DNA of 64,000 nt. Origin: Chiloscyllium plagiosum (lineage: Eukaryota). Position 1 is the stretch's first letter. Every line of letters starts with the position of its first letter. The position numbers and the translations under genes were made by a program. The DNA is taken from positions 79,332,866-79,396,865 of the forward strand of contig NC_057711.1 of NCBI RefSeq assembly GCF_004010195.1. The letters run 5' to 3'. The notes under the pieces were generated by a model. That model was not told the origin of the DNA. It saw only the letters and a program-made list of their open reading frames with translations, and did no database searches. Below are positions 37,528 to 51,372 of the stretch, one piece after another.

Positions 37528-38750
37528 CCTTTATTGTCACGTGCCTTCCATATAAAATACAGTGAAAAGTGTGTACCATCGCTCAGACATAAGCACCATT
37601 CATGGAATAAAATAAAAAACATTAAGGCGAGTCCAACTTTTCCTTCTCAGCAGCTACAGCATTCCACGGTCAGATACCACTCCGGGTATCCCAGCCCACA
37701 CCATGCTGCAGAGAGTGTCCCACTCCGGGTATCCCAGCCCACACCATGCAGCAGAGAGTGTCCCTCTCCGGGTATCCCAGCCCACACCATGCTGCAGAGA
37801 GTGTCTCACTCCGTGTATCCCAGCACACACCATGCTGCAGAGAGTGTCCCACTCCGGGTATCCCAGCACACACCATGCTGCAGAGAGTGTCTCACTCCGT
37901 GTATCCCAGCCCACACCATGCTGCAGAGAATGTCCTGTTCCGGGTATCCCAGCCCACACCATGCTGCAGAGAGTGTCCCGCCCCGTGTATCCCAGCCCAC
38001 ACCATGCTGCAGAGAGTGTCCCTCTCCGGGTATCCCAGCTCACACCATGCTGCAGAGAGTGTCCCTCTCTGTGTATCCCAGCCCACACCATGCTGCAGAG
38101 AGTGTCCCTCTCCGTGTATCCCAGCCCATGCCATGCTGCAGAGAGTGTCCCGCTCCGGTATCCCAGCCCACACCATGCTGCAGAGAGTGTCCCGCTCCGG
38201 TATCCCAGCCCACACCATGCTGCAGAGAGTGTCCCGCTCCGGGTATCCCAGCCCACACCATGCTGCAGAGAGTGTCCCTCTCCGGTATCCCAGCCCATGC
38301 CATGCTGCAGAGAGTGTCCCGCTCCGGGTATCCCAGCCCACACCATGTTGCAGAGAGTGTCCCTCTCCAGTATCCCAGCCCACACCATGCTGCAGAGAGT
38401 GTCCCTCTCCGGTATCCCAGCCCATGCCATGCTGCAGAGAGTGTCCCGCTCTGGTATCCCAGCCCATGCCATGTCACCGTCTGGGTCCTACTCCTCGCAG
38501 AAGCAGAGTCCCGCTCTGGGTTTCACCAACTGACCAATCGTCTCCATAGCCACGCTACCTCTGACAACGCCACCGCCGCTCCGGAGCCCATCGATGCCGC
38601 CACCTGCCAAAGTGCTCTTTAATCAGGTAAGATTGAGGAAAAGAGAAGGGGTAGAAGGAAAAATAAATAAAAGATAAGTGGAGGCCAAGAGGACATGCTC
38701 AGGCACTGGAGCCTGAATGCTGCCTACTCATCCGCTGCCATCTCGACTAA
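37528..38750 (-). mobile_element. Non-autonomous retroposon hosting the minisatellite
   Basis: Tail TTTATTGTCACGTG..TACAGTGAAAAGTGT shared with 55760 (minus) and 61330-61810 (plus). Confidence 0.55.
37678..38473. repeat. 43-bp minisatellite, about 18.5 copies
   Basis: Unit CCACTCCGGGTATCCCAGCCCACACCATGCTGCAGAGAGTGTC; 42-bp variants in the distal half. Confidence 0.97.
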
Positions 38751-40744
38751 CTGACAGCATTATGGGGGAAAAAAAAATTATTGTTGCATGTTGAAATTGA
38801 CTTTCTACAAGTAACATAGGAAAATATAGGAGAGATGTTTGCATTAAGAGTTTGTATTAATAGACTTTAAAATAGAGGCATCTGAACATATATGTGTCTA
38901 CAATACTTACAAATCGAGAAATACCAAATCATAGAAAGTATGAGAAGTAGTTAAAATGACGATGCAAATGAACGTTTTAAATACTTCAATAGTTTTTCAG
39001 CATGAATGTAGCAATATAGAAAAGAATAATGATAACATTTCCTTAAGTTATGTGCTACTTCCCTTGTCTTTACAATTTTTCAATGGATGCAATTGCCAAT
39101 ATAGCAGCAAAACTCTTTTGCAGCAAAGGGATTTTAGAACGAAAACAAAGCAACCATTTTGCAAAATGCTTTTCCTTCTGAAAGTTATTCAAGTTTTATA
39201 TTTTTAAACTTTTTTTTTTACTGAGAACTTGAAGGAAAAAGCCAACACTTCATAGGATAGTTGTCTAAAGTGTAGGAAGTGTGATGAAAGCTGTGTGATT
39301 TATAGATACTAATATAATTTTTTCAGACTTTGGAATTTAAACCAGTGTCATGTGGACATTTGTCTATTTTTGTTCAGAGATTTAGTAATTAACTAGGTCA
39401 GTCTTTCCAGGACAATGAATTTAAATCTGTATGTGCCTTCTGGATTGTTATGCAAGTTTGTTTATATTGTGCGTATTTAAAATAGGAAAGAGAAAACCTT
39501 GAAAAAAAAATTAGTTTTTTTTGCAGTTAGAATAAACAAGAATTGTTTTTAGCTTAGAAATCCTCAGAGATTGGAAAGCTGTGGTGCGGTGCGAGAAAAC
39601 CCTGACTATTTTCAGATGCAAGAATAGTTCTCCTAGTCAAATAAGGTGTGATTTATGAAACTTCTAGATCGGAATGTTTAGTTAGAAATCAGTAATGGTT
39701 ATTCAAAACTGTGAAAGTCCAAGATCTCAGTTATATCTGAGGATTCAAGGAAAAAGCTTCACAGCTCATTGGATATGAACTGAAGAAAAAGCAGTCAAAT
39801 CAAATCAATAAATTTGACAGGGAAGAAAAATTTCTCAGGCTTTTGAGTAGCTGTAAAATGATGGTGTTGGGCAATATTTGAGTTTTGGTTTTGTCATGTG
39901 ATTTGAAATCTTTCAAATTGTGTTATATTATGATAGCTTAAATTATTTATTTTGTTCTTAGTTTGTTTGTGTACTAAAAATTCCTCTGAACTGAATTATA
40001 GAAATATGTTTGAAATAACTTCCAGCAACATCTATGACGTAAATGGTTAACTATTTAGACAAAGTTGAATACAACTCTGTAGCGTTACACAATTTTGTTA
40101 ATTGGCAAATGCTCATAACACAACTTTTGCCAGCAGCTGGTATAATAAAGTAGCTGAATAATCTAACCAGCAACTCCAATGAACAAGATGTGTCCATTTA
40201 AAGGTAAGTGGCAGCAAGTGGGATCAATTTTTTTCCAGCCATTTTCAAGTTTGAAATAGACATGAAAATATCAGTCAGGTTTTGCCAAGATTGGGAAGCA
40301 GTATAGTAGAGGAAAGAAATAAAACACATAAGTAAAATGAGGCAACTCAGTGGAACCTATGCAATGGTGTTACCATGTAGTACTCGATCCTCAAGTAATG
40401 TTGTTTAGGTTATGATATACTGATAAAAGCTCAGCTTTTAGAGCAGCTATGATAAAATCTTTTTTTTTGTACTCATTTATGTTGTGTGAACTTAGTGAAC
40501 TGTTGAAAGTGCAATATTTAAACTCAAGATGGTACAATGCTGGAAGCATTTAATTTTACTGAGTAATGGTGATAGGATTCTCTTGAAGAGTTTTGAAAGG
40601 TCGCTCGGAACACTTTAAGTGTCAGTGAACAGAAGTTCAAGGGTCAGAGTCAGTTATTAGTGAAAGAGAGATTCAGAGAAGGTGATTTTGTGCCACAAAA
40701 CTGCTGCCATAACCTGGCTCTGTACTGCTTAATATTGGGGCTTG

Positions 40745-41691
40745 TGTTATGATCCAAATTGATGTTATTACTGGACAGGTCAGATCCTAGACTGAAACCT
40801 GGTTTGATGGATCATATTATTTATACTTAATGAGTCAGTCTTTCATTGAAACACAAGCATGCAATGCTGCAGATCTGAATTTAACAATAAACAGAAGTTT
40901 ATTATTGCAAAAGAAAAGATGAAGTAGAATGAATTTTCATTTAACACAATTTAAATGATTTCAAAACATAGCGTGAAAATTCAATGTTTTGTTTATATCC
41001 ACAGGTTTCATTTACAGTGCTCAAATACCAGAGATTTTCCTTCTCTATCACATTCAACTATTGCTTTCAATTCCTTGTCTGATAGCCTTTTCCTGGAATA
41101 TCCACGCAACTGAGATGAGACTTCCTCAGCCTTCAATAACCCCTTCAGAGTTCTAATCAAACAGTCTGGAATTTCAAACTAAGTCCTTCCACTGAGGTAA
41201 CATATTACCTATTTTTTTCTGAACCACTTCTCTTTTACCCAGAGAGATGGTTTCATACATCCAAATTCAACCAGAATGCATATAATATGAAACCAAAAAG
41301 CTTTCCAAGCTATCAGTGTTTCTTTTACACAAAAAAATCAATTCCTGATCATTCTAAATTAAATCAGCCTGATGCTTTTCCTGATCAAGGGCTCATGCCC
41401 AAAATGTCGACTGTCCTGCTCCTCAGATGCTGCCTGACTGGCTGTACTTTTCCAGCACCATGCTCTTCGACTCTAATGCTTTTCAATGTTTACCATGTCT
41501 ATTCATAAAGCTCTTCCAGTGGAAATAAATTCCTCCTTGCACTCCAGGAACTATCTCTCTTGTAAAAAAAAGTCTTGGCTGCAGAAGTACTGAAAAGTTA
41601 TCATTAAGCTTCTTCATATAGATAGATCAAAACCTATATGCCACTAGCTCAAAAGTAAATAGTAATCACAAACCGTACACTTTACATAACA
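40745..41691. mobile_element. Solo LTR
   Basis: Perfect 7-bp inverted termini TGTTATG..CATAACA; 4-bp flanks CTTG/CTCG. Confidence 0.75.
41381..41475 (+). mobile_element. Solo PLE terminal repeat (~95 bp) with mutated hammerhead
   Basis: CTGATCAAGGGCTCATGCCCAAAATGTCGAC..AGATGCTGCCTGAC, homologous to 23939-24030; flanked by ATGCTTTTC direct repeats. Confidence 0.75.
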
Positions 41692-44600
41692 CTCGAAAAC
41701 ATGCCTGATTCTTATTAACTCAGTGAAACTGATGAAAACCATCTGCTAGAGAAGGTGCAAGTTCAGTTCAACTGAGAGTTAGGGTTAAGGAAACCCATAG
41801 GCAGCATTTGCGTGGTGCAAAATGGAAGACATAAGTTTGGAGAAAGCTATAGGCAGTGAAAGCCTAGCTAAGCTGAATTATTGTTTCCTCCATGGAGCTG
41901 GAGTACATCCTGAGGAATCCAGTGAGGTGCAATTTTGGGATGAGATATTGGCCAGCTTTGTGCCATTATACAGTTGAGTTGTGTTGCTTGGTAACCATCC
42001 ATAGGCCAAAGAAGAAGCAGGAGGGCTTTCTGGTTGAATAGGCATTGTTTTTGAGGGAGGTTCATGAACAGTTATAATATCTGCTGACAGAGTAACTTGT
42101 GTAATGAAATTTGATCTCCCGTAGTATCACTACTATCTGAATGTCTTGCTGAGAAATTTTTGGGATTGGCTTGACCGCCCCTGCTTTTTGATGTTTTTTT
42201 AAAGTTTTTTTAAAATCACAGTTTGCTTGTTATCTATGCTTACCCTATGTTAATTTTGGATGTAGAGTATAAAATTGATTTATTTTTATAGGAGACTGAT
42301 GTCATTTATTAACTTTGTATAGTAGTACTTAGTTTGTTTGCTCAAAGGTGTGAAATTTTGTGGATTGCTGATTGCTGACCAGATCATAAACTAAATTTGG
42401 CAGTGTCTTCTGGAATCAAAACACAGCAAAGAATAGTCTATTATTCTGTTGTACCCATAGTTAGATTTTCAATGTTATATCAGTTACACTTATTGTGATT
42501 TTATTTCCATTTGAGTTTTTTTTAGAAATGTTAGATTATAACAAAACTAAGAATCCTATAGCGATAGAATGGTCGTCATTTCATACATTGATTCACATTT
42601 CTGTACACAAACATATGAGAGCAACTTGCAAGATTATTATAATAATGCTTCTTTAATGCATGAACATGTGATGATGTGTATGCACTGATGAACTCCCCCA
42701 CCTGCAGAATATTTCCTTCTGTATGTGCTGGGATCTCAAAGGTACTCATTCCATTGTGATTGACACCTAACTGAGCAAAGGTGGCATTTACCAACAAGTT
42801 GACCTGGATTGGCCTGGGAGGCTAGTCACAATGATGTTAAATTATGTGCAGTCAAACAAAACACTTTCCAACAAGGCTGAAATGTTATAAATGTGATAGA
42901 TACTTCTGTCATCACTCAGAAAATGTTACTATAAACCTTAGACTAACACAAGGACATTTTAATTCTGCTGTAACACATATTCATTGAAATCAGAATAATA
43001 AATTTCAGTTTTGCCCTTGTACCTTTTTGATATTGCCGTTCACCAAAGCAGCAGCTTTATTTATAGCAATAAATCTCATTTCCATGTTTAAATGAAACTG
43101 TCTACTCATAGCCTCATTTAAAATTATTTATTCTTGCCAAAACAAGGAATTAGACCTTTTAATTGCCTGTGCTACAGTAAAATTCATCACTTGCTGCACT
43201 TTTCTCATATGAATTATTACAATTTTATACACTGCCACTGATGTTATAATATACCTTCATGCAAATAGTTCACAATGTAATAAGATTTACATTTTGATCT
43301 GAATGTTTCAGTCATTGCTCCATTGGGCTTTATTACACTGGTGTAGTTAATCAGTGGTTGTCCATCCTTCAAGCTATGATTCATCCTGTATTTTCTGCAT
43401 TAATGCATTTGCATTGAAATAATCTACATGTATTAACTATTTGTGCATTTTGTTCTCTTGTAATAGTAACTACACAGACATTTCTGCAGCGCATTAGTAA
43501 GAATTGGATCACATGACCATATCAATTTAGTGCTTTCAAGAAATATCCTATACTTTTGATCTAACATGACCTACTTGTTAGCAGCCCTCTGCAAATCCAG
43601 TCTAGAAATGGGTATGGTATTCTCACATTCATATTTATTTAATTAATATTATTGTTGGCTTTTAAAATATTGAAATAGTCTTTTTAAGATGTGGGTAGTG
43701 TAACATAAATATGAATGTATTAAGTGTTCATCAATATCAGAATAATTCTTGTAATTAACATTATTGGCCTTTCTTAAATATATTGAGAACATTGTTTAAC
43801 ATTTTATTGTAACTGTGCAAGCAAATTATGATTTAAAAGTAGAAACACTTACATTTGGAAACCCTCTTTAGAAAATTGTGGTACTTACTAAGCTTTAAAC
43901 CTGTGTCAAGACCCACGTAATGGGACGAATGAGAGGGAAATAATCAACTGATTAAATCTCAATTATGCCCTTCACCTTAGTAGATCCTACTTTGGAAGTG
44001 ACTAAAGAAGCTAGAATGATGTTTATTCTTGTTAGTAACTGATAGAGTTCATGCATGGATCAAAGCCCAGCAATCACATCCTAAGTTATAGTGAATATGG
44101 TTTAAAAGCATGTTGCACAAACACTGTCATGAATATACCAACAAATCAGGAATAACGTCATTGTTGCAGGTTTATGAACTGTTGACAATCTTGGAAAATT
44201 GTACTCAAAATGATGTTTCCACAAAAATAGACAAGTTATTCAACATAATGCACAATTCAAATTACTTTCCTAAGATGCAATGTTTTTTGTGTGTGAGCAT
44301 AAAATTTCTCACAGCTGAATTTTACAAAGCCTTGAATGACATTGAGTGTGACAATTGGGAAAATATGTTGAGAATGAAAAATTGAAATGTCAAGACAAAA
44401 AAAAAATCCGATTTTGCGTATGAGGTTCCAACAGCTAAATGAGAATCTCACTAGTGAGCAACTAGGGGCCTATTTGTGTGGATTAACATCTCATTTATAC
44501 CTAATCTCACCTCATTTACATGCACATTTCTATTTTCACAGGCAATGGAGAGAAATTAGGCAGCAACAATTCCCAACCTGAAAATCAGAGCAGGTTCTTG

Positions 44601-45439
44601 GTGGCTGTAATTCGTCAGTTTCTTCTCTGGACACCTTGGCCAGTATTTCACAAGATCTCAGGCCGTGCTCCAGAGGCAATGATTATCTGCACCCTCCATC
44701 TACAGAGCCTGTCATCAGTTGGACATAAGCTTCACTTCATCATAGCACATATTAGGCTCATTGATAAGAATGTCTTCCAGATAAGGATGTCATGGGACAC
44801 TGTGACAAAACTGTGATATCTTCTGCAGTACTCGAGTCCAGAATGATATAGCCTTGACAGAGATAGCAATCAGAATGCCATATTCTGAGGCCCTACATAC
44901 ATGCAACAACCTCTGCCACTGAAGCTAACAAGGACTATGCAATCTGCAATCTCTCCTCAACATGAACTACCTATGCTCCTTCTGTCTGGTGGGCAGGGTT
45001 CATTACAGGACAGATAGAGGATGCCACTCAATCCTTGCATACTTAGCTCTGGATAAGTCGAGGATTCAATGAGGGTGTGTGATGACCAAACAGTATCTGT
45101 GAGAGCCGCAGCATTCAATTGAGTAGGAAAATAAGGACATTCATCAGAAGGAACAGCAACTTCACAATCCTACAGTACATCAACCAATCCTTATCTTCTT
45201 TAGCAGCCACCAATAATAAAACTGAGTTGGATGAAGTCATCATACATCAACTGTAAAGGTGTTAGCACTCAGAGGCAAGGAAGCCCTGTTTAAGCCCAAT
45301 TGCAAATGCAGTTTACCAGGTTGTAAACTTGAAAGTGTTAGGAATGCATTCACAGTAATGGAAATGGAAGAGTGCGCAGCACCCCGCAATAAAACAGCAC
45401 ATGAAGCTCTCTGCATTCCTGCATGTCTGGTTTCTATCC

Positions 45440-46021
45440 TCTCTCATGAGGTCAAGGTTCTTCTCCTTTATTGGAGTGAGGGAACAAAATGTTGGCCACC
45501 CCACCATCTTTCTTTGTCCTTTCAGATCTAATCTTGGCCATTTTCACCTGCAGTGAGACAAAGGGAGGGAAATTATTGAGATAAAAGGGGGTGGCACAGC
45601 TGTTTGTGCTGGTGCAGTCACAGAAACAGGTAGTGAAGTGTGAGAGAAGAGGAAGCAGAAGGGTTAGTCGCTTGGGGACTGGCATGGATGAGATGTGTTG
45701 AGTGGAGATGCAGCAATGACGGTGGTAAGCCATGAGCATTAGTGAGTGGTGGGTATAGCATCAAAATTTGAGTGAGTGTGAGGTAGCAGACTTACCTATG
45801 TGAAGGGCAAAAGGCCTTTCTTACTGCATTTCTGGGCATTCCTGCAGATTGTGGAAATGGCACTGACGTGGGTGACAACTTCAGACCGGTAGGCAGAGGT
45901 CAGAACTGTGGTCTTCTCTGAGAGCCTAGGGGAAAGAAGAAGGGTCCCCTCTCCACTATCTCCTCCCCCAGAAACTCCAGGTCCCTGTCAGCAAACCAGA
46001 TTACCAATTTACCTGTCTCTT
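45440..46021 (-). pseudogene. Harbinger Myb/SANT-like gene remnant, two exons
   Basis: GKLVIWFADRDLEFL..SEVVTHVSAISTICRNAQKCSKK, donor GTAAGT at 45795, acceptor CTGCAG at 45548, then VKMAKIRSERTKKDGGVANI; stops and frameshifts. Confidence 0.8.
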
Positions 46022-46237
46022 GGAATAACTCACTTACAATTCTTGAAGGCACACAAACTGTGAAGGACAATTCTTGGCTTGCATTATTTGAAAAGGTGCA
46101 CAGCTAGGGTTTAAGTAGAGTGTCAGCAACGTAAATGCTGGAGGGTCATGGGACCAGGGAGCAGCTCCACCACTGCTGAGTACAAGATTGTATAAAAACA
46201 TCACCATGGAGATCAGGTACATATTCATTGAGGTGAG

Positions 46238-46985
46238 CATAGAGTCACAGAGTCATACAGCATGGAAAGAGACCCTTCAGTCCAAATAGTCCACACCAGC
46301 CATAATCCCCAATTAAACTAGTCCTGCATGCCTGCACTGGGCTCATGTCCCTCAAAACCGTCCATATTCATGAACTTATCCAAATGCACTTTAAACGTTG
46401 TAACTGCACCTGCACTCACCACTTTCTCTGGTAGTACATTCTACACATGAACCACTCTCTGTGTAAAAAAGTTGCCGCTCATGTCTTTTTAAAATCTTTC
46501 TCCTGTTGCCTTAAAAATATGTCCCGAGTTTTGAACTCCCATACCCTAGGGTAAAGACCCTTGTCATTCACCTCAACCATGTCCCTTACTATTTTATAAA
46601 CCTATATAAGGTCACCCCATCCAACCTCCTACACTCCTACACTCCAGTGAAAGGAGTCACAGTCTTTCCAGCCTATGTTTATAACTCCATTTCCGGCAAC
46701 ATCCTGGCAAATCTTTTCTGAACCCTCTCCAGTTTGATAATATCAATTCTACAGCAGGGTGACCAAAATTGCACACAATACACCAACATACTGCACAACC
46801 TCAATATAACGTCCCAACTCCTGTACTCAAAGGTCTGAGCAATGAACACAACCACGCTAAACACCTTCTTAACCATCGTATCTGCATGTGACACAAATTT
46901 TAAAGAATTATGTACCGAGGTCTCCTTGTTCTACAGCACTACCCGGGCCCCTATCATTAATTGTGTAAGTCATGTGCTTGTTTGT
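46238..46985 (-). mobile_element. HER/CR1 LINE 3' portion
   Basis: ORF 46679-46894 YCVQFWSPC..DIIKLERVQKRFARMLP; CATAGAGT-type tail. Confidence 0.88.
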
Positions 46986-47227
46986 AAAACTGAATGAGAA
47001 TACTTATGAGGGCTCCTGAGGGCTTCCCTCCATGAAACTCCTTGAAATTAACACAGCCAAATTTTGCGAAATTTCAGCCTGCACTCCTTATGCGACTGAA
47101 AAGTAATCCATTGGCCTCCACAATTAAACTGTTTTGAACATGTGTTAAAGTCATCATGGCAGTTTAAGAATTTCTACTTGGTTTTGTAAACAGGCTGCTA
47201 TTCGTAAATATGATAGCAAGGAATTGT

Positions 47228-47660
47228 ATCAGCTGTAGCTCTGTTAGTAATGCTCTTAGCTCTGAGTCACAATGTTGTGGGTTTAAGTCTCACTTCAGAG
47301 GGTAAGTACAGTAAAATCAAAGCTGACATGCCTGTCCAGTACTAAAAGATGCTGCACCTTTAGAGGTTTCCATTTTCAGATGAGGTGCCAAAGCAAGGCC
47401 TTGGCTGCCTGTCAGGTGGGTGAAAAACATTGTATTATTTAAGAAAAAAACAACAGACAGCTTTCCCTAATGTTTGGCCAATATTTATCTTTAATTGCAA
47501 ATTATCTGGGCATTATCACTTAGCAATTTGTTGGATCTTGCTGTGCACAAGGTTGCGTTTCCTACATTGCGACACTTCCTACATTTCAAGGAGTACTGTA
47601 AAAAGGACTTTAAGTGTGTGCTGGTTGTGAAAGGGCTCTATTAATGCAAGTCTTTCATTT
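47228..47660 (+). mobile_element. DeuSINE-type SINE (SacSINE1-like)
   Basis: tRNA-like head (CTCTGAGTCA..GTGGGTTTAAGTC), central TTTCAGATGAG..GGCCAATATTTATC..GATCTTGCTGTGCACAA, L2-like tail AATGCAAGTCTTTC. Confidence 0.7.
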
Positions 47661-47699
47661 CTATAACACAAATTATTCATTTTAGGAAAGAAAACCTGG

Positions 47700-49980
47700 A
47701 GCTGAGTTTTACCAGAAACTGGTTACATGTAACTTTGAGCAAATTTCAGAGATGGCTTCTCTCTGTGTGAGCCCTAGCGAGATTCTCCCATTTTTCTCTG
47801 CAAGTTGCCTCCTTAGCCATACATCAGACTTCTATAGTGTCCCAGTCATCCTATCATCCATTTCACCACCTCAGCTAGGAACTCCTTAGATTGCTGGTGC
47901 TGGCACTATTACTAAAGCTCACCCATGCATCAAGTCAAGTGCTGCCAGGCAGGAGTGACGCTTCACCATTCAAGTGAAGGTGGGAAGGTAAATGAAACAA
48001 AATGTTTCTCAAGGCATGGATGTAACACTTCTTTGCAAAAACAAGTGCATGTGTATAAATGTATTGTTATGTAAGAACTAAGCTAGACAGGTTACTCATC
48101 CTCAGCATCATCCCACCCTAAGAAACTGTGTAAAGGAGTGTTACTCTTCCCCCAGTACCCAGTGAGCCTTCTTAATCAACACTATTTCTCTCGTCCTTTC
48201 TTTCTTTTTATTTGTCTTTACTGAATATCTTATAATCCAGTAATACTTAACACCCAGTCTTACCCTTCCTTGAGCTAGGTCTGTGTTAACACTACAATAT
48301 TAAATTTGCATATGGCTTCTGCACATATTATCTTACATGTTGACTTTCAATGAGATGACTCTCAGGACTGACTGTGGTCTACCTGTAAAGATTGTTTTCT
48401 GTCACTGCAAATGTTTTTATACCTCTTCTGTATGACTCTATAGCTGTGATTTTTTTTCTGTACTTTTAATTGCATGCTGAAGGGAGGAATGAACTGCTTT
48501 AAAGTCAACAAAAGCTGGAGGATTGCTTCATGTTTTGAAGTCAAGTGACCTGACAGATTGTGAAAGTGTGGTGGTGGATAGACTACAGCTGAGGGGTTCT
48601 TTGGTTGGTCCAAGTTGCTGATCAGTCTGTGGACTGATAACCAATTATTAATGACATAAAGTCTTTTGCCAGCCTACTATCATGTGATTGGCTCTTGGGT
48701 AGCCCAACAACTTGGAGCTGTGAGCAAGATATAGAGAAACTTTCAGATTCTCACAGCTCAGAAACTTTCTCTGTTCTCTGCAGTAAAGGGCACATGAAGC
48801 TTAAAGGAAACCTGTTTACCTTTTCTCCAGCAGTTACCGTATATTATTACTTTTAAGTCATGAGTCTAAGGCCTTTTAAAAGGATGAACCAGCCACCCTG
48901 CCATTTGCAAACCAATGGAAACATCTGTAAAATGAAGACCAAGAAGCAACATTCTGACCACATCCAGACCATCTCAGCAGACCATGGACCACTGAACTGC
49001 TTTTCTAATTTTCCTTCTGTCCATAATGCCAATGTTTTTATTTTCCTGTCTGTATACGCCTAAGGGGAATTTCTAGTATTTTAATTAGTAGAGTTAAATA
49101 CCAACAGTTCATTATTGTTTACCTGAAGCTGGAATCTAATTACATATAATTGATAGTATTTTTTATTAAGTACAGAAATATGGTCTGTGCATTCTGTCAA
49201 ACTTGAGCTTCAGGTAAATTGGGGAGGCTTTGCAAATTTTTAAAAACTTTTAATTTTTGTGATAATTCCAGGAATAGCAGGGCCAACATACTTCCCCAGT
49301 GAGGATCCCACTGGCTTCCTTGGACAGACCGCCCCAATCAATAGCTGACCAGAATCTTGACTGATATGTGCAGAGCTCCCCAGCTATTTCACTGTTTGAA
49401 CTGGACCCTGCAGGACTGACAATGGACCATGACCTAGACTGTAGAGGTACAGAGCCCCAACTCTAAACATCCTAAGTAGCTAGCTAAAGTGTCCAAGCCT
49501 CTGATAGTGGATAATGCCCTTAACTTATAATGCTGGACACCTGACTGAAGGCTGTCCCCCTTGCCCTTACAATGAATTCCTCCCTGTAGACTTTGAGACA
49601 TGGCCATTTAGTTGAAGCACAATTTGTGTGTTTGCTGCCTAAGCTGCTGGCACAAGATGAAGTATCATGGATCTCTACAATAACATGCCCACTGTCTTGA
49701 CTGTTCACTGCTGATAATCATGACAAGCTGATTGGCTCGGTGCCTGTGCTAAACAGCAAGACAAGGTAGAAGTTATTGTGAGCCTTTAGGTTCACATCTG
49801 AATTGTCACTGTCTAGTTTCAATCCAGTGGTTGGAAGTATGGGAATCTGCATGTCAATGAGACAAGATTAGGTAATAATTGCATGCTAATTCATGCAAAT
49901 GGATGCAAAAAGACCTCTCACTGCTCACTAGAGAAATTTCTATCTCACTGTTCAAAACTCAATTGGAGAAATTGACCTTT
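47700..49980. mobile_element. Probable non-autonomous Harbinger-like element with LTR-like insert (~48400-49300)
   Basis: GAGCTGAGTTTTACC left end and subterminal motifs resembling 44410-44530; boundaries uncertain. Confidence 0.35.
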
Positions 49981-50613
49981 TCTCTTTTCACGTTGAATAT
50001 CTTATTTCTGTTGATCTCACTCCATTTTCCCAACCTATGTCATTCAGTGGGTGGGCAAATTCCATTCTCATATCTTTAATTTATACCTAATCTCAATTTG
50101 GCTCCTGGTTTCTTCTGAACTATTTTCTCGCAATCCACCAAGCTTTTGTAGTGTTCAAATAAGAAAAATTAAGACCATCTCTTCTGGGCAACTAGGGGTG
50201 CACAATATCTGCCAACCCTTCCAGCAATGTCTCCATCTGAAGAATGAACTTATGAAGTTTTTGCTGTCGATGTAATGTCAAGGGTAACAATGCTATACTG
50301 AAGTACAACATTTTTGTATTACGCATTAATAATGATAGTGATACATCCATGTAAGAAGGATTAAACTGCCTTCCCTCTGTTCAATGTTCCCTTTTGGCCA
50401 CACATTATGGTTAATTTCTTTTTACATCAACCTATACCTCTCTCCTGTTAAAAATGTTGTGAATTATTTTTGCACTAAGCAGCCCATCAACAAGGTTTTC
50501 TTGAGTTAAAGAAAAAGCAAATGTATTAGCTGTTAATACCAATGAAAATGTTAAATATATGACTTCAAGCGTATGGCTTCTGTGCAGTCACTTGGCCATC
50601 TATATATTGTATA

Positions 50614-50908
50614 TGATTAGATTACTTATAGTGTGGAAACAGGCCCTTCGGCCCAACAAGTCCACACCGACCCTCCGAAGAGCAACCCATCCAAACCCCA
50701 TTCCCCTACATTTACCCCTTCACGTAACACTACGGGCAATTTAGCATGGCCAATTCACCTAACCTGCACATCTTTGGACTATGGGAGGAAACCAGAGCAT
50801 CCCCATGGAAAACGTGCAAACTCCACGCAGATAGTTGCCCGGAGTGGGAATTGAACCCGGGTCTCATGGTGCTGTGAGGCAGCAGTGCTAACCATTGAGC
50901 CACTGTTC
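50614..50908 (-). mobile_element. HE1 SINE
   Basis: Tail, core and head present; abuts a short (CA)n. Confidence 0.9.
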
Positions 50909-51075
50909 ACACACACACACACACACAAACAAAGGGGGAATAGAATATGTGGTTTAGAGTGGTCTGAGGTGTAGGTTTATAGTTCAAGTCTAATGCTATT
51001 AAGTTGGTTTCTCGGATACAGTCATTGTGGCACATGTTACAGTTATCGAAAAGATCTCAATTTCCTATTAGTTTT

Positions 51076-51372
51076 GATTAGACTAGATTCCCTACAGTAT
51101 GGAAACAGGCCCCTTTGGCCCAACAAGTCCACACTGATCCTCTGAAGACCCATTTGACTATCCTATATTTACCTCTGACAAATGCACCTAATACAATTTA
51201 GCATTGCTAATTCACCTAACCTGCACAGCTTTGTGGATTGTGGGAGGAAACCCAGGCAGACATGGAGAGAATATGCAAACTCCACACAGACAAGATACCC
51301 AAGGTGGGAATCGAACCCAGGTTCCTGGTGTTGTGAGGCAGCAGTGCTAACCATTGAGCCAACATACTGCCC
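51076..51372 (-). mobile_element. HE1 SINE
   Basis: Tail, core and head present. Confidence 0.9.

Larger units (their letters stand above)
44410..47082. mobile_element. Decayed PIF/Harbinger element (transposase remnant on +, Myb/SANT on -)
   Basis: RMSWDTVTKL*YLLQ near 44785 resembles the transposase N-terminus; right end GAAATTTCAGCC is TIR-like; nested CR1. Confidence 0.55.

Noticed and set aside
37486..38622. Long Cys/His/Pro-rich ORFs, or a CRISPR-like array
   Set aside because: Head-to-tail units with no unique spacers and no cas genes in a vertebrate context; the ORFs are a by-product of the repeat.
39280..42420. Additional LTR/ERV-like segments around the 40745 LTR
   Set aside because: Composition is suggestive, but termini, TSD and PBS could not be fixed.
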